64,000 nt of DNA from Vicugna vicugna (taxonomy: Eukaryota), in assembly GCA_013265495.1 (NCBI GenBank), contig MU058423.1, positions 695,061 through 759,060 of the forward strand, read 5' to 3'. A program made the translations under genes and the position numbers. The notes beneath the pieces were generated by a model. The model worked only from the letters and a program-made list of their open reading frames with translations, was not told where the DNA came from and did no database searches. Shown here one piece after another: positions 1-13,100 of the stretch (position 1 is its first letter; every line of letters begins with the position of its first letter).

Positions 1-3000
1 CCTGAGGGGTCAGCCGAGGCCATCGTCAGTGTGGAGGGAAGGTCGACCGCTCCCTCTGCCTCCTCCTTCTTGCTGCCCCTCCCTTCCACTGCTGTTGATC
101 CCAAGGGCCCTCTTCATGACACATCCCATAAGCTGAACTCCATCTCAGAGTTTCCTTCAAAGGGAGCCTAACCAGCCACATAAGATCATTGGGATTTGTA
201 ATAAGTACAAGAAAGGAAATAAATAAGGCTGGTGACAGGAGCAACTGCAGGGGGAGCGGAGTGGGGCTGGGGGTCTCCTGGAGGTATGGTGGCTGGGGCA
301 TGTGGGCTGACACCAGAGAAGGAATCGTTCTCTTGAAGAGCTGGAGCCAAAGCTTTCCAGGCAGAGGAGACAAAGGCTCCGGGTTATCACCGGGCCTGGT
401 ACGCACGCTATGTGAGAATGGAGTTGGAAGAAGCTCTCCAGCAGAGGGACTCTGTGGGTAGAGGCTTGAAGGTGAACTGATTATTTCTGGGCATAAAATA
501 GAGGGAACAACCTAGTCCAGGAGACAACATAGACAGACATGTGGAGGCGAGAAAAGAACCCACTGTGGCTGGAAGGTGAGATTCGCCAGCAGGACTGCAG
601 GAAAGGAGGATTGGAAAGACAGGTTGGAGCCAGAGTTCATGATCACTCCCTCTGTTGTGTGGAGGGTGTGTGTGTGTGTGTGAAGGGAATGTGTTCTGAG
701 ACAAAAACAGAGAGCTGTGTTGAGGTGAGCTTGAGCGAGGGGAGACTGGAGTCCAGGAGACCAGTTGGAGGGCCCAACAGGAGTTTAGGTAAAATCTGGT
801 GACAGCTAGAATATGACAACGGCATGGAGCGTGGGAAAGGAAACCAATCTGAAAAATAATCTGCAGATCTCAGATAGAAGGTGGCTGACTGGGGCTGCGG
901 GGAGAAGGAGAAAAGAGGCATTGGGTTTCCTGGTTTGGATGCCGGGTGGTCCGAGGGTACCCAGGCCAGAGGCACAGGAAGGGAAGCAGCTTTGCTGGGT
1001 AGATGGGGAGAGGAGAGGAGGGATGGGTAGAGGAGGACCCTGAGCAGAAGGGAGGGCCAGAGATAAGACCCAGTGCTTCTTCATCTTGGTGATAAAGTGA
1101 GGCCGTGAAGGGAGGTGAGGCCCCCCGGGAGAGGCACCCACAAGTTGAGCAGAGAGAAGACCCTGCAGACCTAGGGCAGGAAGCCGAGGAGCCAGCCAAG
1201 AAAGTCTGATCCACTGTGGCCAGCAGTTCCTGGGGGGAAGCCAAGAGAAAGAGGCAGGGAGAGTCAAACGCAGCTGCCGCAGAGGGACAGGTAGCATCGA
1301 AGAGGGAAAAATATCAGCAAATAAGAGGTCAGCCGTGACCTCAGTGGCTGCAGCGACAAAACAATAGGCTGGGGTGGGGGAGGTAGAGCCAGACTGCTAG
1401 TGATGGAGGGTGGAATGGAAGATGAAAAGTAGACATAATAAAATAAATTAGTCTTCTGATTAATGATTGATTGAGCAGCTACAAAATGCCAGAGAATATG
1501 TTAGGCACCTTTTATCCACATAAATTAACCCATCCTCACAAGAAGCCTGCAAAGTGAGTAAGATTTTCATCATCACTGTTTGTCCAGCTTGAGGAGACCA
1601 GCTCAGAGAGGTTAAGAAACTTGTTCAGTGCCACTCAGCACTAATACATGGCTAGAGCTCATTTCCTGTCTCCCAGTCTTGTGCTCTCGCCACTGTCCCT
1701 GGCTGTTTTTCCTTTTAAAGCAAAAGGAAATGAAGGAGATGGATGAGTTGGTGGCTTGGGGGGAAAGTGGGGTCAAAGCACAGTGTTTTGATTTTTAGGA
1801 CTGAAGGGATTTAACTTGTGAATGGGCTTTTGGGAAAGAGCCTGAGGTGTGATGATAAAGAAGCAGGGAACTATTATTACTATTATTGTTATTATTACTG
1901 AAGCAGGAGGGAGTGGAATCAACTGGGTAGACATGAGCTTGGAAAAGAGTCAGGCCCAGCCTTCCCTGAGCTGGAGGGCAAGGGGAATGTGTGTGACAGA
2001 CAGACCAAGGGTTGAAATCAGGGGAGGTTTTCCTTTGATGATCTCAGTTTCCTCAGTGAGGTAGGAGGTGAGATCTCTTGCTGAGTCCTGGTCAGTAAAT
2101 GCACTTATTCAGGACAGATACCCATTCAGAGTAGTACAAAGTGGGAATTTTTTAGGAGGCAAGGAAGTCTCTCACAGGTAAAGAGGCCAGGAAAGACAGC
2201 TGGGCCTCATGGGGATGCTCTCACCATCTCTCCGGGACCACATGGCATCCCATCTCTACTCCTCTCTGTGCACCTGCCTCTCTCTGTCTCTCTCTGCTGG
2301 TCTGCAGTCCTTTAGCCTTGGAATCCAAAGTGGACTAATCAGAGCCTCTGTATTCTAGCTCCTAATTTTCAGGAGGTGGAATCTAATTGGTTCTCAACTT
2401 GGGCAGGTAACCATCCCTGGTCCAATCAGAGGTAGACAGGGTTTGGGGTCTCCCGAATCTAGGAAGGATGCTGGACACAAAGCAGTGGAGGATGAATATA
2501 GCAATAAAGGGCCCCAAGCAAGAAGGAAGGATTGTCCAAGGAGAAAAGAGAGTTGAAGATCAAAAGCTGCCAACATGCTCCTCGCCAAAGATCTTTCAAA
2601 GAGCCCACTGAGCCGCTCAGGGTGGAAAACCATAACTCACAGTGGAGCTTTCAGCATGGACGCAAGGTTTTTCTCTAGCAACTTTCAAAAGGTTGGGAAA
2701 AATCATGATGTTGCATTGTCTCACAGTTGGAGGAGACCAGGGAGGTGATGGGCAGGAAGTTAAGAGGGCAAGGGAATTGGGGTTGGTGACAGGGTACCAG
2801 AATGGCTTTATCAGGACTGGCCTGGGAGACGCTATGAGGGGAGACAGGTGGGCTGGGGAGACAGGGAGTGGTTGATACGGCATCAGGGAGGATGAAGATC
2901 AGGTCTGGGGAGCACAGGGGGTGGGAGAGCCATCAGTGGGGTTCTGTGTTTCATCAGGACCACTGGGACTTCTCTCCCAGGCTTCACTCTCCATACTTAC

Positions 3001-6000
3001 TCTCCACTCTAGACAAGAGGCCAATTTGCTGGGCTCTCCTCCTTTCCTTTGAGAAGCATTGTTGATACACAACTTGGACCCAACAAAGGATGCCTCCGGG
3101 CTCTGATGGCTGTGTAGCGCAAGGAGAGAGGAACAAGATCATTATCACTGCGTAATACCTTCAGAGGCATGGAGACAATCCATCACCGGGAGAGACAGCA
3201 TCTTCCCTGCCCTCCTCCCATCGAGGGGAGTTGACATGGTTTCATGTTTGGTGTCCTTACCCACCTGCAGAAGACCATCTCCAGGGGTCCTCACTCTCTG
3301 CATCCTGCTGACACTGATTTCCCAGTTGTGTCCCCTGGAGCATGGGAGGCTGATGAATAGAAAGTTCCCCTGTTGAGGGAAAGTCAAAAGCATGGGGGCT
3401 GCAGTGTGCAGAGCTGTGGTGACTGAGAGCAGCTTATGATGGGAGAAGCATGCCCTGCATGGGCTCCTGTGAGAAGCAGCCTGATCTGCAGTAGGAGGAG
3501 CGCTATAGGACAGGCGGGAAGAGCAAGCACAGCTAGTTCCAGAAGCCCAGTCTCGCAAGACTTTGGAGACAAGGAAAGGCCTATACTCTCCTCCTGTAGA
3601 GTCTAAGTCCCTGAGGGCAGGTGTATGCCTGACACGTGCACCTCTATGCCCCTGGGACGGGCCAGCACCTGCCCAGAGCGATGCTTAATGAATGAAACAT
3701 GGCCTCTCGCTGTGATGTGCTCAGTGGCAGATCTGCTTGGAAGCAGGTGAATAGACTAAAGGCCCCTCTGAGACCTCTCCTCATCCCCTGCTTTCAGGCT
3801 AAGGACTCTCAACTTGTTCTGGAGCTTTGGAGAAGAGCCTCTGCTCTGTAGGCCAAGGCTGTGGAGTGAGGGCTCCCAAGGGAGCCCCTGTCACTGGTCC
3901 AGAGTGCTCGATCCAGAGGACGCCCTCTTGGAAGAAGCATCTGCTGGGAAATTGCCCTTTCTTAGGGTTAAATAAGGAGCAAGAGCCTCAGTCCAACTGG
4001 GACAAACTGGGTCCGCTCTGGGAAGATTGTCCCTGACTGGATCAAAGTTCTAGTGTTTTCCATTCATTCATTCATCACTCATTCATTCATTCATTCACAG
4101 ATTTTACTGACTACTTTCTATGTGCCAAGCATGGTTCAGGGGATCAGGAAAATAGTGATGAACAAGATACAAAAAGCATCTCTCCTCAAGGAGCCTTCAG
4201 TAAGGTCTTGAGAGTTTTCTGGATGCAAAACTAGAAACTCACTCAAGACTAGATAAAACGACAGAGGGATTTATTGAAACGATGCAGGCGTAACTTCTGC
4301 CAATGGAGACAAGAGGCACGACTGAGACCCAGGAGAGGCTGATGTGGGGACCTGCAGAATCAGCCCCCGGGTTGCCGTTGAGGCTCTTGAGGATGGACGA
4401 GATCCCTCTAGTCCTTGTAGCCCTGCACACTGCTTCAGGCCTGCCGTGGCAGGAAAAGGTTGCCCCAGCCCTGCCCTTGCAGGATCCTTCAGTTCTGGAA
4501 CCCCCAAACCAACCCTTTCAGTCTCTGTCCTGATACTTGGTCCCTTGGGTTCAGATGTCCACCTATGGTGCAATCAGCTATGGCTGGGGAAGCAAAGGAC
4601 TGGTGGTTCCAAAGGGCAGATGGAGTGAGTGTGGATACAGGGGGGTGTGGAGGAAATCCATCACCCGACTCGATCTTTAATTCAATCTATATGAGTGGTG
4701 GCAGCGCCTTTGCTGAGAACTACCCACTTCCCCTGATCCACCAGAATAGAAGCCTGAGACCACCTAAACCAGGCAAAAACACTGAGAAGGAAGCCCCACC
4801 AAGGTAGACTGAGGCCTCTTTCTTCTGCCTTTCAGCCTGGGGAATTGTTCCATAATTAAGGGGCCGAAATGATGAATGCAGACATAAAGGAATCCCCATA
4901 CTTCATCCTTATTGTCGGTGAATTAGCAGCATAGCACATCATGTTCTATTATAATTTTATAATAATTACAGTTATTACTGAATTCATGTATATGGAAAAG
5001 GCAGAAATATCACTGTATTAATTTGTGAGGCCCTTAAATAGAATTTATTGAGCAATAAGTGAATTCCAACCAGTTGGCATGAAACAGAAACTTTTCCCCA
5101 GGACTCTATGAGCTGTCATGAAACTTAAATAGCTCACTTCACATGGGATCAGGCCATCTGCCCCAGTTATTGCCTCCTCCTCCAGGCAGCCTGCCCTGAT
5201 TCAGAGGTTGTATTTAGAACTTCTTTCTTCTGAGCTGAGCCAATACCCACACCTCCCTAGAATGTCTCAAAGGTCACAAATGTCAGGCTGAATGTTGAGA
5301 TGAACATTTTCCATTTGCATTGGGCTTCGTAGATTTCCAAATATGATCATAGACATGACCTTTCTGCTTGAACAAATAGAAAACTCTTTTGAAAATAGAG
5401 ATATATAAGCATCAGGGCCATCAATAATTGATTTTACCTTTGGTAGCTTTTGTTGCAGGGAGCGGGGGGCTGTGACAAAATGATGTAATGCCAAAGCCCA
5501 GGCTATTTTTAAGAAATGAGTAAGCTCTTGGCAGTGACCGCATGCAGTCAAAGAGAAGCCCATGGGCACCTGCAGGTTAGGGCTCTGGAAATGAAGCAAA
5601 GGAGGGACAGAGGCAGAGTTGGGGCAGAGGGGTGGTGGGGAGCCTAAAATTTGCTCAGAGGAAAGAAGATTTGGGAGAATTGAGAGAACCACCAACCATC
5701 AGAAGGGCTTCTTCTATGTAGGCAGAAATGGACTAGTTCACTGGGCTCAGAAGAGGGTAGAGAAGGAGGGGCCAGAACCGGGATCTAAAAGGAAGAGACT
5801 CAGGGCAGATTTCATGTGCCCCAACGCTCAACTTTCTGGTGGGGAGACCAGTCCAGCAGCCAAGAGGGCAGCCTCTGTAGTGTTGGATTTCCTGAAGTTT
5901 GGGAGGCTGTTTGGTTAGTTTACTCAACTAGTACTTATCTAGTACTCATTATTTACAGGCAGCGTGGGTGACCCAGCCCTGGCGGAGCTCACAGTCAAGT

Positions 6001-8784
6001 GGGGAAGTCAGATGATAAACAGGTAAGCAACAACCCAAAATGCAATGATTCACGGTTCTGCCTGGAAGATGCTTCTGATCACAGCCATTCATCACTAGGT
6101 TCCAGGTAACTAGCAGGTGACTGATGGAAGAGGTCCCCGTTTTGTTGTGTGTGATGCTGAAGAGTGATAAATATCTCCTCGGACTCCAACCCCAGCTTCG
6201 GTGCTAAATGTGCCCCTGCTGTAAATCCCTCTGTCCAGCCAGGGAAATGGGCCACACACAAGCTTGGAGCATCAAGCTACAAGGCTGCGACCTCCTATGA
6301 CCCCCTCCAAAGCCTTACCATTGGAAGAAGAGGGAAGAGCATGAGTATAGGGTCCAGAGATCCAGCGTCTGGGTTTTTCTCTATCACTATATGCTGTGTG
6401 ATCTGGGGCAAATCTCTGCCTTCTCTGAGTCTTGGGTCTTTCATCTTTAAGTCTGGGTCACTAAATCATCCCTGAGATGCTTTCCAAGCTCTAATGTTTT
6501 ATGATTCTATCCTCCCAGGAAGGTGCATAGATCAGGCTGAAGCTGGAGGCCCGTGTTGCAAAGACAGGGTGTCATTCACGCATTAGGAGGAGCTCAGATA
6601 TGACAACCTCCAGGCTTCTTCCAGTTCCAGAAGTCTGTGAATCTCTCCCCCGGGCACTGAGAAACCACCAGAATGCCTGTCCCAGGGCAGAGACCTGGGT
6701 TTCACTCCCCCGTCCTCAGCACTCAATCCAATGGCACCAACTTTGATGGAAGGCAGGTCAATCTAATGGCAATAGATGTTACCACTGGGGTGCCAGTGGT
6801 GGGGGTTGTTTGATGGGGGTTTTGGTAGGGGTGGTAGAACCAGGGTTCTTGGACACAAGGGAGAGGAAATAGTAGCAATAATCACTAAGTATCCAAGACA
6901 TGTGTGACAAGTACTTTCCAAACCCCTTCCCAGAAGTTGCTTTACTTGCAGGGAGCCCAGGCAAGGTCTTCCCGGTGCCAGCGGTGTTTGCTTTTCACTC
7001 TGGGTGCTGATTGGAGAAGTGTGTTCAATGTGTGAAAATTCGTTCAACTGAATACTGAAGGCATAAGACTTTTCTCTCTGTATATATTCAAAGAATTTAT
7101 TAGACAAAGTTACCTTATTGAATCCGCACAGTTACATGCAATACAGGTACTGCTACCCTCACTTTGCAAAGGCCGACAGCGAGGCAAGCGCAGAACAATT
7201 AAGGAACTGGTCCAAAGCCACAGGGTAGGACCTGGTGATGCCAGGCCTACAGCTGAGATCCAGCTGGCTTCAAAGTGGGTGCTTCTCTCTACCACCCAAC
7301 ACTGCTCCCCTGAACCGTGTGCAGGAGGGTGACTCCTCAGTCACCCTCAACTCCCCCCAGCCACCCTTGCACACTCGCACGTGCACAAAACTAATCCTAA
7401 GTCTGAGCTGGAGGAGAGGGTGGAGGGGAGAGCTGGATAAGCACAACCTGTTCCTCAGTGAAGCTTCCAGTTGCTTGTGGAGGCAGGTGGGGCACTGTAA
7501 CAGGAGGCTGTGCGCGCAGGGGATGGGGAAGGCGCCCAGCACCAGTCTGGCCTGGAACCCACCAGCCTCCGTGTCCTGGCTGCTCTGAGGAGGGCCTCCT
7601 TTCACAGCCCTCTGGCGGAGGTAGGCCAGAGCTGGGCCCAGGTCTCCCTTAACCCCTCTCTGCTCTCACTGCTGCCAAAGGGCTCCACATCCCTGCTGGC
7701 ATCACAGGGTGGCGTGACTGGATTAATTAGGCTTTATTAATAGGCAAGCACCTCATGAATTGTAATTAAGCAGACGTGCATCTGGTGGCAGTGGTGGCTG
7801 AGGCTGAGAAGTGATTCCAGGAGGCTCTGAGGCCCCGTTAAATATGAATTCCCCAGCACGAACAGTCCGGACCCAGTCTGTGTGACAACAGCACACGGAC
7901 TGTCCTGTTAAACAGAGGCTCTGGGGTCTGAAATCTCAATCTACGCAGTAAACATGTCTCAAGCCTACTGCGTGCTCTCCTCTCTGAGTGAGACACCGCT
8001 GTGGGTGCGGGTGCAGAGGGCAGGACAAGCCCGGTGTCCAGCTCTCCCAGGAAGCCAGGAGGCGATACCAGTAGGGACAGACATTTGGGGGAACAATCAC
8101 AAAGAAAGGCTGCTTCTTGAAACAGTGAAAGTCACCCTGCAAACACGCACACACACACACACACACTCACTCACTCAGACTGGGCCAAAACTGCACACAG
8201 GGTGCTGCCCAGGGGATACAGAAGACAGGCTGCTCAGCAGAGAGAGGGGCCTGGAACCAAGTGTTTAGACAGGGGCAGGCGTATTTAGCTTATGGACAAA
8301 CAGAGTGCAGAATGATAAAGTGTACGATGGAAAAAGAGACCTGAACAATGAAATCCACCCCTGTTGCTCTGCAGCCCTGACAGCATGACAGATGTGGGGG
8401 TAAACTTTCATCTGGCCTTTTCTAAAGCCATCCTGATTTTCCACTGGGCCTCAAAGAAATATCCCAGAATCACTGCTTTTGCCTTTTGAAATTGTAGGAT
8501 GTTTTCAGTTTACCTCCATGCTGCCTCACTAAGGCATTTCTCTGTGTCCCCTGCAGCATGGCCTGCCAGATGAGGCCAGTTGTGGACTAGTCTATGCACC
8601 TCCCATCTGGGCCTTTTTAATACCATCCCTTCATCCTGAATAGCCCTTTCGATCTGACACCAATTCAACCCACTCCTCTGCTAAAGCTCAATTCAACTAT
8701 AACCCTCTTGGAGAAGCCATTTCTGAAACTTCCAGTCAGAATTAGCTGCAGACAGCTTCTTCTGCTTTCCGGGGGTGTAAAGGG

Positions 8785-8965
8785 GAGAGTCTGGAGTCAA
8801 AAGCATGAATTCAAGTTCCAGCTCTGCTCTTCTTGACATCAAGCCATATAATGGCTCTCCACCTCGGTTTTCTTATCTGTAAAATGGGCATGATGATAGC
8901 ACCTCCCTCCCAGGGTTTGAAGAGTAAAAGAGATGAGGTTTGTGAAAATGCTTTATAAATTGTAA
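8785..8965 (+). mobile_element. MIR SINE
   Basis: tctggagtcaaa...cctcggttttcttatctgtaaaatgggcatgatgatagcacctccctcccaggg. Confidence 0.75.
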
Positions 8966-11900
8966 AGTATGCGTCAACATGAGTCTCCTTGGTAGTTTGT
9001 GTTAATTGCTTCCTTGTCTCTTTGATTTAACATGAAGTCCCAGGTCTTGTTTCTGTAGCCCCAGCACCTAGTGAAGAGGTCCTCACTGCTTATCCACTGA
9101 ATGAATGAATGAATAAATGAGGTGGAAGGTGCATGCTTCTCGTGAGCTGGTTGGGCCTGTGGCTTCTTCCCGCAGGATCTCAGGGACTTATGCAGCCAAG
9201 CAGTCACCGGGGGCAGAGAAAGGGTAAAGTGAAAGGTTGGGGGTGGCATGAAAGAGTGTGCCAACCTCAAAGACCAGGGTGTTTTAATTAGTATAATTAA
9301 TGATGCTACCAACTGGCTCATTACCTGATGGAATTAATGAGGATCATTTGTCTCCCTAAAGCAGACCTTCGGTGTGGTGGAGGCTGTCGGGGAGGTGGGG
9401 AGATGGCACGCGTTGTCCGCCCTGGGAAGGATTCCTGAGCGTCCGCTGGAACCTGTCTGCTGTCTGGGAGTCTTCTCCCTGTCTCTGCCCGCTGCCCGGG
9501 GCCTCTGCCGCCATCCGGAGCCTAGCTTCACTTTGCTTCAGACTAAACAATTGATAGCTAAGCACAAGTATGCGCAGGGATTTAAAATGTAGCAGCTGCA
9601 GGACCTCTCTCTCTTCCTCTAAATTTTCTCCCTCGCTAACACACCACTAAGGCCACACTGACCCTAACTTCACCCTGGGCTGCTCACATCTAGGTGGCCT
9701 TCCAATAGCTCTTGGGGGCCCATCTTAAGAGTCTGTTGCTGCTAAGGCTGACTTAGGGCTAAGCTGAGACAAAGCAGTTAGGCTGAGTGATGTCAGACCC
9801 CATTTGGAGACACACAGGCTGTCTATCCCCCTCCAACATGGATGCCTCGGTTCCAAGTGCACCCCCTCTTTCTGCTATAAAGAATCACTTTCTGCAGCCA
9901 GAACCTGAATTCTGCCTTCCTTTTCTGGGAGCAGAACCAGAGAGCCTGGGCCTAGCTCCTCTCTGAGACGCCCAGGACACACATTCTGGGCAAATAAAAT
10001 CTTGCCTGGAATCCCTCGCCTCTGGAACTCACAGCTGTGTGCAGCCGTTCACAGACAGATACTGCGACTCTTGACCTCTTCCATGGAATGTGATGGGCGG
10101 ATAGGGCCCTGTGGGGAGTCAAGCAAAGTCCCCTAAATCACCTACCAAAGAATTCAACTGGCCTTGCACTTTCCCAGCTGTAAAGGTGTCGGCCACCCAG
10201 GAAGGAACACCTACCACAGAGCTCGACCCCAAAGCTGTGGTCCTAACATTACGGAATAGACTTAATTCCGGCACATTCCAGGTCACATTTGCACAAAACA
10301 TTGTACACACAGATGGGTCTCTGAAGCTACCTTTTGGACTTTGGGAGCATATGTGTTGATTACATAGGAACGTGTTTTGTGTGACATGAGCACATGCTTT
10401 CCGGTACCGCACGAGTCTGTGCATGGGTGCGTCTGTGCACGGGGGCTGACTGTCCCTGGGAACGTGTGTGCACCTCTGGGTGCTGCCTAGCTTCCTGTGT
10501 TGGTGGCTATTTTTGTCTTGTGAGTATACGTGTGTGGTTTTCTATCTGAGCCGCTGTGTGTGAGTGTCTAGCGCAAACAGCAAGGCCAAGACATCTGAGG
10601 AGTCAAGAATAAATCCCCCTTTTTCTTTTACTGCATTTGGAGCTGAGGAGATTGAACACTGCTGCAATTCATCCATTAATGGAGTATCGCTCCCTATGGA
10701 GAATAGTAACATAGTCTAGTGACATAGTAACTCCCACTGTGGCGCATCCACGAATGCTTGCTAGTGCCATTATTCTGGAATCCTGGTACATCCCAGCAGT
10801 GGTGTCATGATGCAGAGGTTAACCAGGTTGTCCACTGTGTGTGTGCTGCTGACAGGGCTGGGGAGGGTATGCTGTGGTGCTTATTAGAGCAGAAGCTGTC
10901 CCTGTGGACCATTCCATGCATGAACTGCAGGGAGCCTGGGGCCCATAAGGTACAGAGCGTCTCCAGGAGAACACAGAGGCACAGGGTCTCCGTGCTTGTG
11001 TGTCTGCGTGCACGTAAGTGTGTGTATGTGTGTGTTATGATAATCAGGGCCACCGTGTTGCCCAACTCTTGGGGCACCATTTACTGTGCCTTCCATGGAG
11101 TTCCAGGAGCACCATTTACACCAAATGCAGTGTGAATAGTGCCCCCCTGGATTTGTGCAACCCAGAGGCCCTGGGCAGGATAGTAGATGCGGAGTTCCTT
11201 CCTCTTACGCCTCTCTTCCCAGTCCTAGCATCTCACCCAGCTCAGCTCCCTCCCTGAGCCACTGTTGCCACCCCAGCCCCTTCCTTGCTGCAGCTCTGTG
11301 AGCTGAGGCTGGGGCGGGAGAGGCCCAGACACATCCCCAGTGGCTGGGCTCCCCAGGGTGTGGGCGCACAGCCAGAAACCAAGTCTTATTCCCTGAGAAG
11401 GTTGCAGTGACTTGTATGAAAAAGTCTCTTGCTGTTCAATGGAAAAAGAAATCAGATGGAAAGGAGAGGGAAGAAGGCACCAAAAAAACTTTTTTCTAAC
11501 TGATTTTTGCTTTGGAAAGGTCAGCAGTGAAAACCTGCTTCCTTGCCAACACAGAGCGGGTGCTAGTGCTCAGCAGCCTTCTCTCGATCGATACGACACT
11601 GATCACCTCGTAAAATGGTGTGGAGGCAGCAGGGGCTGGGGTGGAGGCCGCTGGAGGGAATGGCCTGCCACCAGCTCCAAGCTCCCTCGTGGCAGCCTAT
11701 GGGCTGAGTCCCTGTTGCCCTAACCTGCCCTCATCCAAGCTCCCCCCTGCCCCTTTGGAGCCAAAAGCCAGCCACTCCTCATTTTCAGGGGCACGATTCT
11801 GTGGATAGCTGCCCTTGCTTACTGCTGGGAGTTTGGGAGCATCCTTCCTTGAGCAGCCTGGGCCCCTGTAGTCAGGCCAACCCTAGGCGCAGCCTTCCTG

Positions 11901-12944
11901 CTGGGTAGCATGTAAGTGGTACAGACGTCCCCCAGGAAACGCTGGAACTCCAAGGAGGGAGAAATGGGCTATTTCACTATTGGAACCACTTGCATATTGT
12001 CTTCTTTCCACAAGACATAGAGGTGGAGCTGAGGGAGAGAGAAGTTGGGGGTGGGGGTAACCTTCATCCCAGAAGGGTGACCTTCATCCCAGAATCCTCT
12101 ATGCATATGCTTGGCATGCACATGGACCATCTGGTAAACCCCATGCACCCTCAGAGGGTGTACAGCTTAGACATCTTCAGCCAGCCTTAGCCATAGGGCA
12201 CGGTGCAGGCTGTCTACAGGCCAGAGGGTGTGAGGGGCAGGAAAGGGGCACAGTGACACTTTCAAAGAATGGAGGATGCTGTTAACATGTCAGTCCAATT
12301 ATGGTAATGTGCTGGGGTAATTGGCCCTCCAAGGGCGCAGGGGATGCACACAAGTACAGTAATTGCAGGTTCACTTTGCTCTGCATTCTTTATCCTACTA
12401 TCAGTGACTAATTATTAGTATTTAGCAAGTGGATATTGTCATCTTCAAAGCAGGTGCAGCTGTGGCTCGGGCGTGGAACTGGGGCCAGCTAAAGGTCAGC
12501 TTCGGCTTGGGGATAATTAATTTGTCTTTTCTGGATCTGAATTGTGCTCCAAGCTTCTTTTTTCTTCTTTCTTTTTTCTCTTCTTTTTTTGCTTCCAAAC
12601 AAACAAACCAAAGGGAAGAGGAATATACTTTGTGGTTATTTCAAGTACCCTTTCCATTAAAAGGCCAGGATTGACAAATAGGGGTGAACAGCTGGAAGAG
12701 GTCATGTACCTCCATCCTCTCTAGAGAAAGAGCCAGAAATTGACCCTCCAGGCAAAATGCACATGAATAGGGAAGTCAAATGGTCTGGGGTGACTATCAA
12801 CAGGTATGCACAGTCTACAAACTCTGATATCCTGTGTGTTTGTCTGTTTATTATCGCTTATGTATTGAACACTAGGACACTCTGTTCCTAAAAGGATTAA
12901 TGTTTTAAAATCCCAAAAGGAAAAGGAATAACGATAGTGAATAG

Positions 12945-13100
12945 CCATTGAGCACCGACTGTGTGTCAGATACTCATTTTACTCCTCACGTAAAATACTT
13001 TATTTAATCCTCACAAGAGCCCCAGGAAATAGGTGCTATTGTTATTACCATTTTACAGTTGAGAAAGTGATGCCCCAAGAACTTAAATACGTTACTCCAA
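12945..13100 (-). mobile_element. MIR SINE
   Basis: atttaatcctcacaagagccccagg...tattgttattaccattttacagttgagaaa. Confidence 0.7.

Noticed and set aside
12055..12094. 20-bp tandem duplication gggt(a/g)accttcatcccagaa x2
   Set aside because: Real, but a commonplace slippage duplication with no sign of function.
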